This document shows, one piece after another, positions 29,614 to 37,261 of a DNA stretch of 64,000 nucleotides. Source of the DNA: an uncultured Candidatus Saccharibacteria bacterium. GTDB lineage: Bacteria; Patescibacteriota; Dojkabacteria; SC72. The notes beneath the pieces were generated by a model. That model was not told where the DNA came from and ran no database searches. It saw nothing but the letters and a program-made list of their open reading frames with translations. A program made the position numbers and the translations under genes. Numbering within the stretch: position 1 is the first letter of the stretch; the number at the start of each line of letters is the position of its first letter. Location of the stretch: the NCBI GenBank assembly GCA_964621195.1, contig CAZULJ010000001.1:33200-97199 (forward strand), read 5' to 3'.

Positions 29614-30108
29614 ATGGAGATACCACAAGGAGCAAAGTTTGTATTTATTGCTGTACCACTAGTATTGATTGCATCACTATTAATATTTGTTTATATGGGT
29701 AAGGACAGAGAAGTTGATACCTTTACAGATTATGAAATGGAGCAAATCTCAAATGGAAAGGAGGTAGACGCTTTGAACGATTTTGATGAATTAGAAATTG
29801 AAACAACAAAGGAGGGTACTGGCCCTCAGGCTGTGGTAGGAGATACGGTTGTTGTTAACTATGAGGGTACACTAAAGGATGGAACTAAGTTTGACAGTTC
29901 ATATGACAGAAATTCACCATTCGAATTCACATTAGGTGAGAATATGGTGATTTCTGGTTGGGAAGAAGGTATAAAGGGAATGAGGGTTGGTGAAGAAAGA
30001 ACACTGAAGATTCCTTCATCACAAGGATATGGTTCATATGGTGCAGGTGATGTCATCCCTGCAAATGCTGGTTTAATTTTTAAGGTTGTTCTTTTAGAGA
30101 TTAAATAA
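29614..30108 (+). CDS. FKBP-type peptidyl-prolyl isomerase with N-terminal TM anchor
   Basis: VNYEGTLKDGTKFDSS, VISGWEEGI.GM.VG, IPANA.LIF.V.LL. Confidence 0.95.
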   Translation: MEIPQGAKFVFIAVPLVLIASLLIFVYMGKDREVDTFTDYEMEQISNGKEVDALNDFDELEIETTKEGTGPQAVVGDTVVVNYEGTLKDGTKFDSSYDRNSPFEFTLGENMVISGWEEGIKGMRVGEERTLKIPSSQGYGSYGAGDVIPANAGLIFKVVLLEIK

Positions 30109-31561
30109 CCCCAAGAACCATTAAAGTTCCGATTAGAAGCATTAATGCACCTGCAACAAGGTGCATTTTTCTTACATTTCTCTCTTTCCAATCTTTTACA
30201 TCCTCTGCTTTCTTAGAACCTATATATACCAAAATTGTTACAATAATCATTGGAGATACGAAGACTAAGTTGTAAAGAAGTAACATTGGTATTGAAGCTA
30301 CAAAGCCTCCATCAGCTAACATTCCACCAAGAATAATGTATGGGCCTATGGTACATGGTAGTAAAAAGAGTGTAACAAAGAGTCCCATTCCAAATGCACC
30401 TGCAGGAGATGTTACTTTTGATATTATCTCGTTTACCTTTGGTCTTAAGAAAAGAGGCATCTCAGTACCAATACTACCCGGTTTGTACTTAAAGTAGTCC
30501 TTTAATTCCAGTATACCTAAAAGTATTGCCCCTACCCCTAATGCTTTGTAGATATACAGCTTAATAGAAGCTATTGATTGTACAAATTGGAAGGCAGTGA
30601 TTATTAAATATCCATACAGAAGGTACATAATTATTACAGCGAGAACAAAGGATAGACCTGCAAAAAGTATCTGCTTTCTATCTCCAGGATTGTAGGTAAC
30701 TATTGCAATGAGCATTAGAGCTAGAACTGAGATTGCACATGGGTTTACAGAGTCTGCTAAACCGAGCATGATAGTTTTCCATACAGATACTCCCCCAGCT
30801 TCATCGCCACTCTGTGTATCTCCATCGTTAACAATACCAGAATTGTTTTGAGTATCTTCGCCATTCCATTGTAATAACCAACCATTGACTTCTAATGCGT
30901 TATCAAAGGTCAATGAACCTCCTGAATATTCTAGTTTAGATGTTTTTACACTTTTACCATCTAAATCTTTTATCGCTTCGCTTATTTCCTTTGAGGATAT
31001 GAATTCCTTAATTTGTGTATTTTGTTCGTCCGTGAGTGTTCTTAAAGACTTCTTTATTGCAACCCTATCTTTTGCATAGAAAGTTGGATATCTCTCTAAG
31101 TCATTTAAATCAAGATCTTCAAATGATACTTCAGTACCATCTGATAGAAAGAGTGTATTAGGTTTTGCATTACTAATCATTTCATCCAATTTTCCCAAGA
31201 TAGGGGTATCTCCAGACTCTTTGCTTTCTCTATCAAACATGATCTGAGGAATTCCTAAGCTCAGATCGTACTCGTCAGCATATGAGGAGAGTGCTTGTGA
31301 GTTTGCAAGATTTTTGTATATTTCATATTCAACAAATACAAAGCCACCTTCGCTCACCTTTTTTAACAAAACAGGGGAAACTTTCGCACAGTGTGGACAC
31401 CCTATTCCACCAAAATATATTGCATATTTGTTTTCAGATACAGTTTCCTCTTGAGCGTATGTAAGATTCGTATTTAAGAAAGGTATGACAAGAAGTATAA
31501 ACAGGAGGATACTTTTTATTATTTTTTCCATTGGGCTTAACATTGTAATATTATATATCAA
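30101..31561 (-). CDS. thioredoxin-like (CPHC) domain fused to CcdA/DsbD-type membrane domain
   Basis: GCPHCAKV; DSVNPCA and LPCTIGPY Pro-Cys motifs in a TM-rich C-terminal half. Confidence 0.85.
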   Translation of the reverse strand: MIYNITMLSPMEKIIKSILLFILLVIPFLNTNLTYAQEETVSENKYAIYFGGIGCPHCAKVSPVLLKKVSEGGFVFVEYEIYKNLANSQALSSYADEYDLSLGIPQIMFDRESKESGDTPILGKLDEMISNAKPNTLFLSDGTEVSFEDLDLNDLERYPTFYAKDRVAIKKSLRTLTDEQNTQIKEFISSKEISEAIKDLDGKSVKTSKLEYSGGSLTFDNALEVNGWLLQWNGEDTQNNSGIVNDGDTQSGDEAGGVSVWKTIMLGLADSVNPCAISVLALMLIAIVTYNPGDRKQILFAGLSFVLAVIIMYLLYGYLIITAFQFVQSIASIKLYIYKALGVGAILLGILELKDYFKYKPGSIGTEMPLFLRPKVNEIISKVTSPAGAFGMGLFVTLFLLPCTIGPYIILGGMLADGGFVASIPMLLLYNLVFVSPMIIVTILVYIGSKKAEDVKDWKERNVRKMHLVAGALMLLIGTLMVLGVI

Positions 31562-31579
31562 TCTACTTAAAGCGTTACT

Positions 31580-32743
31580 ATGAAAAACTTCGAGCTATCA
31601 CCTACACAATTAAAAATAACTGATAATATTTTAGATTGGTTTAGATCGTCTAAATGTCAGTATACCACACTAGGAGGTTACGCTGGAACTGGGAAAACTA
31701 CACTACTTGGATACGTAAGTGAATATCTCCACAAAGAGAACAAAAAGTTAAAGATTGCTTACTGTAGTTACACTGGTAAGGCAACTAGAGTATTAAATAG
31801 AAAATTAGTTGAGAGTAAATCCGTAAGCAATGATGATTTCATTGGTACAATTCACAGACTTATTTACAGAGCGATTGTAGATGATGATGACAATATAATT
31901 GGGTGGGAGAAAATTCCAGAGGAAGATTTTAAGTACAATCTGATAATTGTAGATGAGGCCTCTATGGTAACCGAAGATATTTGGAAGGATCTTTTAAGTT
32001 TTGATGTCCCTATCCTTGCAGTAGGTGATCATGGTCAATTACCACCTATAAATAGTAACTTCAACCTTATGTCTAAGCCAGATCTTACACTTGAAGAGAT
32101 ATATAGACAGGAAGCGCAAAATCCAATAATAAAAGTCTCTGAAATAGCTAGGAAGTATGGACACCTTCCTTTTGAGGAGTTCTCTAGAACAGTTAAAAAA
32201 ATGAGTAAAACAGAACCTGCGACTCAGGATACACTTAGAGATATATTCGAATCATACAATGATGATACTATGGTTCTATGTGGGTATAATCGAACAAGAA
32301 TCAATCTTAACAAAGCAATTAGGAGTTTACACTTTGAAACTGCGAATCCTCAAGTCGGAGATAGAGTAATTTGCTTAAAGAACAACCGGATAGTAGATAT
32401 CTTCAATGGGATGACAGGTACAATACTTGATATATCAAGAGAGGGTAAAGACTCTTTGGAGTACTATGATGCAGAAATAGCTCTTGATTATGAAGATCTG
32501 CCATTCTGGGGAAAGATCTCCATTGAACAGTTTAACTCTGTAGATCTAATTGAAAAGAAAATTCCTGAACTTAACTATTTTGACTTTGGATATGCTTTAA
32601 CTGTTCACAAAGCACAAGGCAGTCAAGCAAAGAGGGTTGTACTGTTTGAAGAAAGGTTTTCAAAGATGGATGATGATACCTTTAGAAGATGGTTGTATAC
32701 AGCTGTAACAAGAGCAGAAGAAGAGCTATATATTGTAGCTTAA
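31580..32743 (+). CDS. SF1B RecD/Dda-like ATP-dependent DNA helicase
   Basis: GYAGTGKTT, TGKA, VDEASM, GDHGQLPP, YRQ, YALTVHKAQGSQ, YTAVTRA. Confidence 0.9.
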   Translation: MKNFELSPTQLKITDNILDWFRSSKCQYTTLGGYAGTGKTTLLGYVSEYLHKENKKLKIAYCSYTGKATRVLNRKLVESKSVSNDDFIGTIHRLIYRAIVDDDDNIIGWEKIPEEDFKYNLIIVDEASMVTEDIWKDLLSFDVPILAVGDHGQLPPINSNFNLMSKPDLTLEEIYRQEAQNPIIKVSEIARKYGHLPFEEFSRTVKKMSKTEPATQDTLRDIFESYNDDTMVLCGYNRTRINLNKAIRSLHFETANPQVGDRVICLKNNRIVDIFNGMTGTILDISREGKDSLEYYDAEIALDYEDLPFWGKISIEQFNSVDLIEKKIPELNYFDFGYALTVHKAQGSQAKRVVLFEERFSKMDDDTFRRWLYTAVTRAEEELYIVA

Positions 32744-32773
32744 TTTCTTTCTGTTTTAGGGATATAATTAGGT

Positions 32774-33541
32774 ATGATTTTAACAAAGCCTAAAGATGAG
32801 AAACTGCTAAGAGAAGCCTCCGATCTTTCAGTAAAGATATTAAAGAAATTGGGAGAGGATCTTAGAGTTGGTATTACACCTCTTGAAATAGATAGAAGAG
32901 CTGGATTTCTTTGTAAGGAGTATAACGTACAACCGGCATTTAAAAGAGTTGAGGGTTACAATTACAACACCTGTATTTCCGTAAACGATGTTGCTGTACA
33001 TGGTATTCCAAAGGACATACCCTTAAAGAATGGAGACTTCGTTTCTATAGATTTTGGAATAATTAATAAAGGACTCTATACAGATCATTGTTGGACATGG
33101 AGTATTGGTAAACCAAATGCAAAGAATATTAAATTACTTAATACTGGGAGAGAAGCTGTTGAGAGCTGTATTCCTCTTGCAGTAGTTGGTAATCATACTG
33201 GTGATTTAGGATATCAGATGGAGAGTGTTGCAAAGAAAAATGGTTTTAATGTTTTGAAGATGTTTGTAGGTCATGGTATAGGAAAAACATTGCATGATTT
33301 ACCAGATATTCCCGCATATGGTAGAAAAGGGAAAGGTACACTACTTGTAGATGGTATGGTGATTTGTATTGAGTGTCAGGTTGTAGATGATACTGGTGAG
33401 GTAGAGATAGACAAAGATGGGTGGTCTGCAAAAACTCGTAATGGTGGTAACTCTGTAATGTTTGAGTATATGGTAATTGTAAGAAAGGATAACCCGGATA
33501 TCCTTACAGATACTAGAGATTGGAGCATATCTGTAGTATAA
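32774..33541 (+). CDS. map: methionine aminopeptidase type I
   Basis: CISVND.AVHGIP, IDFG...TD, GHGIG..LH, IE, FE metal ligands. Confidence 0.93.
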   Translation: MILTKPKDEKLLREASDLSVKILKKLGEDLRVGITPLEIDRRAGFLCKEYNVQPAFKRVEGYNYNTCISVNDVAVHGIPKDIPLKNGDFVSIDFGIINKGLYTDHCWTWSIGKPNAKNIKLLNTGREAVESCIPLAVVGNHTGDLGYQMESVAKKNGFNVLKMFVGHGIGKTLHDLPDIPAYGRKGKGTLLVDGMVICIECQVVDDTGEVEIDKDGWSAKTRNGGNSVMFEYMVIVRKDNPDILTDTRDWSISVV

Positions 33542-33565
33542 TGTCTGAAGGTTTTTATACCGATT

Positions 33566-33597
33566 AGTCCCACTATTGTGGGATTTGTTCTTTAAAA
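33566..33597 (+). promoter_or_regulatory. boxB-like hairpin directly followed by boxA-like antitermination sequence
   Basis: AGTCCCAC-tatt-GTGGGATT (33566-85) then TGTTCTTTAAAA (33586-97), 10/12 match to E. coli rrn boxA TGCTCTTTAACA; TATAAT at 33537-42 upstream. Confidence 0.55.
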
Positions 33598-33608
33598 GAT
33601 CTGTTGCG

Positions 33609-33686
33609 TATTCCATCTGGTTGGTTCATATCTGATATCTACCCTGAGTAGATGTTATATACGAATCAACCACACTGTGTGGAATA
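33609..33686 (+). other. 78-nt imperfect stem-loop in the 5' leader of the orphan gene
   Basis: TATTCCA/TGGAATA, TGGTTGGTTC/GAATCAACCA, TGATATCTAC/GTAGATGTTA, loop CCTGA. Confidence 0.7.
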
Positions 33687-33706
33687 TTGAAAAGGAGATG
33701 AAGGAA

Positions 33707-34057
33707 ATGAGTAAGCACTCTGCAACTCTTTTACTGGTGTTCGTACTTGGTCTGGGTATAATAATTGGATTGGCAGTGCTTAATCACTACACTAGCCAAA
33801 ACATACAAGCTGGAGAAGCAAAGGGCTCAGCAATTATATCCACGATGTCTCAGACGGGAACCTTTTCCTGGACTAGCGATGAGTACAAACTCGTTGCTGT
33901 TGTTAACTGCAAGGGTGTTAAAACCTTTGTGGAAAGACTTGGGAAAAGGTTTTCTTCAGAGTTCACCAACTGCAGCTATGAAATGGCTCAGGACATTCGT
34001 TTGGTTCCCCAAGGGGATCCATGGTCAGAGGAGGGCTTTGTCACTTTCACTCGTTGA
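33707..34057 (+). CDS. orphan single-TM protein (116 aa) with strong Shine-Dalgarno
   Basis: AAAGGAG at 33691-97 ahead of ATG 33707; TM LLLVFVLGLGIIIGLAVL; two Cys in the soluble domain; about 44% GC by hand count over 33721-34020. Confidence 0.7.
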   Translation: MSKHSATLLLVFVLGLGIIIGLAVLNHYTSQNIQAGEAKGSAIISTMSQTGTFSWTSDEYKLVAVVNCKGVKTFVERLGKRFSSEFTNCSYEMAQDIRLVPQGDPWSEEGFVTFTR

Positions 34058-34093
34058 ACAGATCGTTAAGAGGGTATCTTCCACTTAGACGAC

Positions 34094-35008
34094 CTAAGAA
34101 TACATACTCTTAATTATTGGTAATATTTGCTTCTTTCTGCTAACTACATTAGAAAGAATTACAGTATTGTTAATAATTTTCTCTTGTAAGGCTATACTAA
34201 ACAGTTCCAGATCTTTACCTACTACTAGAAGTTTACATTCATTCTTTAAAATATCTGTAATCATAGCAATCCTCAAATTAACAAGATCTCTTCTATTTAG
34301 TTCTTCTAAGAGAGTCTTTTCATCAATACTATCACTATCTCTGGTCTCAATCTGACTAATCACTATCCTTTTTCCATTAATCACTACCTCTTTCATATCC
34401 ATTTCTAAAATATCCTTGGGTGTCATAGAGGACCATTGATCTTTCCTAGAGAAGATTTCCTCTACAAATTCCTTTAGATCCCCTATTCCACTAATATCCG
34501 CAAGTGTATAGAGCATATCAGTATCTAGTGCAGTAGTTGTTGGAGATTCTAAATTCAACGTATCATCAACTATTGCTGCGAGAAGAATGGATGAGATATT
34601 TTTTGGTATCTCAATTCCTGATCCAACAATCATCTCTGTTACTAAGGTTGATGTAGAACCACACTCTCGAATATGTATTTTTTCTGGGATAATATCCTCT
34701 AATTTAACATCATGGTGATCTATTACTTCCAATATCTTTGCCTCTTCCCAACCCTTTGGTCTACTTTCTGGATATGTATGGTCTACAAGTACCAGATTCA
34801 TACCAGAAACATTAGGTATATACTCTGGTAGTCTAGTATCAAAAGCTTTAAAAACCCAATCTGTTAATGGGTTAACATTGTCACATCGTATTGCGTAATA
34901 GTTAAAGAAACCTTGGGAGTTCATAAATGCCTGATAACCTAGAGCTGAGGCTATTGAATCTAAATCAGGTCTTGTATGTCCAACAATATATACTTTTTCC
35001 TTTGTCAT
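34094..35008 (-). CDS. ppaC: manganese-dependent inorganic pyrophosphatase (family II, DHH/DHHA2)
   Basis: GHTRPDLDS, LVDH, IDHH, SPTTT..D, VVSRKKQI.P; start at MTKEKV (35008). Confidence 0.9.
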   Translation of the reverse strand: MTKEKVYIVGHTRPDLDSIASALGYQAFMNSQGFFNYYAIRCDNVNPLTDWVFKAFDTRLPEYIPNVSGMNLVLVDHTYPESRPKGWEEAKILEVIDHHDVKLEDIIPEKIHIRECGSTSTLVTEMIVGSGIEIPKNISSILLAAIVDDTLNLESPTTTALDTDMLYTLADISGIGDLKEFVEEIFSRKDQWSSMTPKDILEMDMKEVVINGKRIVISQIETRDSDSIDEKTLLEELNRRDLVNLRIAMITDILKNECKLLVVGKDLELFSIALQEKIINNTVILSNVVSRKKQILPIIKSMYS

Positions 35009-35108
35009 GTAGGCAGTACTAATGTATGAACAAATGATATCAAATATTGGGGGAATTAACCAAATGTATGGTAAAATATGAATCGGATAATTTGAGTATC
35101 TAAGTATT

Positions 35109-36074
35109 ATGCCTGATACATTAAACAAAGTTTACGATATAGCAATAATTGGTAGTGGACCAGCGGGATTTTCAGCAAGTATATATGCTAGTAGATACAA
35201 ATTAAGCAATATTGTCTTTGGAAGATTACTTGGTGGAACAATATCAGAGGCACACAAGGTTTGTAACTATCCAGGAGTAACAGATATTAGTGGATTAGAT
35301 TTAGGTATGAAGTTTTTTGAACAGGCAAAGGATCTCGGTGGAGAGTACTCTGCAGAGCATATTGTTACAATTAAAAAAGAGGGTGGTATTTTCAAACTTA
35401 CATCAGATTCTAACAAGGAATATGTTGCCAAAACAGTAGTACTTGGTATTGGTACAAACAGAAACAAATTAAACCTTAAGGATGAAGATAGATTCTTAGG
35501 AAAGGGAGTCTCCTATTGTGCAACTTGCGATGCGATGTTTTATAGAGACAGGGTTGCAATTGTTGTAGGGGGTAGTAATGCTGCAACTATGGCAGCCTCT
35601 ATGCTCTCTGATATTGCTAAGAAGGTGTACTTGATATACAGGGGGACAGAGTTGAAGGGTGAACCTATGTGGATTGAACAGGTAGAAGCGAAGGAGAATA
35701 TTGAGATAATCTATACAACTATACTTGTTGCTTTAGAAGGTGAAGAGAAATTGGAAAGGGTTAAGCTTTCTAGACCATATAATGGTTCTGAATATATCGA
35801 AACTGATGGTGTATTTGTTGAGATTGGCTCAGTACCTAATGTTGATCTTGCAAACAGTCTAGGGCTTGAATTAGATGACAAGAAATATATTAAGGTGAAT
35901 GAGGATCAGAGTACAAGTTTAGAGGGTGTATGGGCTGCAGGAGACTGTACTAGTGCATCTAATAGGTTTAGACAGGTAATAACCGCTGCATCTGAAGGGT
36001 CCATTGCTGCAAACTCTATCTTCTCCTATTTAAAGCAGGGAAAAGCATGTGGTAATGCCACAGAGATATATTAA
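35109..36074 (+). CDS. trxB: thioredoxin reductase
   Basis: IIGSGPAG, GVSYCATCD, VGGSNAA, AAGDCT. Confidence 0.9.
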   Translation: MPDTLNKVYDIAIIGSGPAGFSASIYASRYKLSNIVFGRLLGGTISEAHKVCNYPGVTDISGLDLGMKFFEQAKDLGGEYSAEHIVTIKKEGGIFKLTSDSNKEYVAKTVVLGIGTNRNKLNLKDEDRFLGKGVSYCATCDAMFYRDRVAIVVGGSNAATMAASMLSDIAKKVYLIYRGTELKGEPMWIEQVEAKENIEIIYTTILVALEGEEKLERVKLSRPYNGSEYIETDGVFVEIGSVPNVDLANSLGLELDDKKYIKVNEDQSTSLEGVWAAGDCTSASNRFRQVITAASEGSIAANSIFSYLKQGKACGNATEIY

Positions 36075-36580
36075 TTCCCTTTAGAATTAACAAAATCTAC
36101 CCACTCTTGTAGATAGTTTGAGCTTGACCAAACCTTCTCCTTACCTACTCCATACTCTATATGTCCTCCATATGACTCAATGAGGTCCGCTTCTACTTTT
36201 AATCCACTGTTAGGATCATTTCTATCTTTATCATTTCTATCACCTCCTTTAGTAAATACATCTGGCCTAATAACTTCCAGAACCTCAGCACAGTTTGTAG
36301 CATTTGGATTCTCATGTATTACAACATAATCAACACCTTTAAGAGCATCCACTATTTCAGCCCTATCCTTTGCTGGTATAAAGGGTTTTCCTTTCTTGTT
36401 AATACACCTACTATCTCCGTCTACAATGACAAAAAGGATATCTCCGAATTTTTTTGATTCCGTAATACACGACACATGGCCTGGATGAATTGGATCAAAA
36501 TATCCTGAAGTACAAACTATACTTTTTCCTTTTAGTAGAGTTTCCTTTAGTTTGGGGATTTCGCTGAGTTGAATGATCAT
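36071..36580 (-). CDS. cytidylyltransferase-like (HIGH-type) nucleotidyltransferase
   Basis: SGYFDPIHPGH, KGKPF, RPDVFTKGGD, SSS. Confidence 0.88.
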   Translation of the reverse strand: MIIQLSEIPKLKETLLKGKSIVCTSGYFDPIHPGHVSCITESKKFGDILFVIVDGDSRCINKKGKPFIPAKDRAEIVDALKGVDYVVIHENPNATNCAEVLEVIRPDVFTKGGDRNDKDRNDPNSGLKVEADLIESYGGHIEYGVGKEKVWSSSNYLQEWVDFVNSKGN

Positions 36581-36667
36581 TAATCTTTTCTAAAACGTTA
36601 GTGTAGATTTAACCAGAGAGATACACTTCTGTCAACACAATTTAATATCAATCCTATATTTTGCATA

Positions 36668-36802
36668 TTTCAACCTGTAGTACTTTTCTCTTTTTGCACA
36701 TACAACGTATTGTGGGCTATAACTCAAAGTTTGCAAACTACAGGACTTTGACGAACACAACGGACTGGGGTAGCCTGAATTACTAAGTACAACATGTTGT
36801 GG
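36668..36802 (+). promoter_or_regulatory. NrdR boxes, two tandem pairs each spaced 32 bp
   Basis: 16-mers at 36668 (TTTCAACCTGTAGTAC, weak), 36700 (ATACAACGTATTGTGG), 36755 (ACACAACGGACTGGGG, weak), 36787 (GTACAACATGTTGTGG) versus consensus acaCwAtATaTwGtgt. Confidence 0.7.
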
Positions 36803-36805
36803 TTA

Positions 36806-37249
36806 ATGAGATGTCCATACTGTGCCTGTACGACCTCTAAGGTCGTAGACAAAAGAGATAATACGGATGACTTCTCTACAAGAAGGAGGAGGCAGTGTCT
36901 TAGATGTGGAAGAAGGTATACTACATACGAGAGAATTGAGAAAGTAGATATTGTTGTAGTTAAAAAGGATGGCTCTTTAGAAAATTTTGACTCTAACAAG
37001 CTGAAGAAGGGAATAAAGAAAGCTGTTGATTTACAAAGGATAACAGAGGAAGAAATTGATCTTTTTTGTGAAGAGGTAGAGAGAAAAGTAATGGTGAGTA
37101 CAAACCCACTCTCTACTACAGATATAGGGAATATGGTTCTTGAGTGGCTAAGAGCATTAGATCCATTAGCATACATGAGATTTGCTAGTGTATATAAAGA
37201 CTTTGAGACACTTAAGGATTTAAAAAAAGAACTTGAAGATTTAATTTAA
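36806..37249 (+). CDS. nrdR: transcriptional repressor NrdR
   Basis: MRCPYC, RRRRQC..C..RYTTYE, ATP cone VVKKDG, AYMRFASVY. Confidence 0.96.
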   Translation: MRCPYCACTTSKVVDKRDNTDDFSTRRRRQCLRCGRRYTTYERIEKVDIVVVKKDGSLENFDSNKLKKGIKKAVDLQRITEEEIDLFCEEVERKVMVSTNPLSTTDIGNMVLEWLRALDPLAYMRFASVYKDFETLKDLKKELEDLI

Positions 37250-37261
37250 AATAGAACTGCC

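Noticed and set aside
31580-32743. phage origin of the Dda/RecD-like helicase
   Set aside because: Flanked by housekeeping genes with matching composition; no other phage genes nearby.
33566-33593. plain intrinsic terminator for map as the full explanation
   Set aside because: Still possible, but the U-tract is interrupted, matches boxA and runs into an arm complementary to the end of the next ORF; kept as the alternative hypothesis.
33609-33686. integron attC site
   Set aside because: The arms have GTT on the 5' side and AAC on the 3' side, opposite to RYYYAAC...GTTRRRY; single copy; no integrase in the window.
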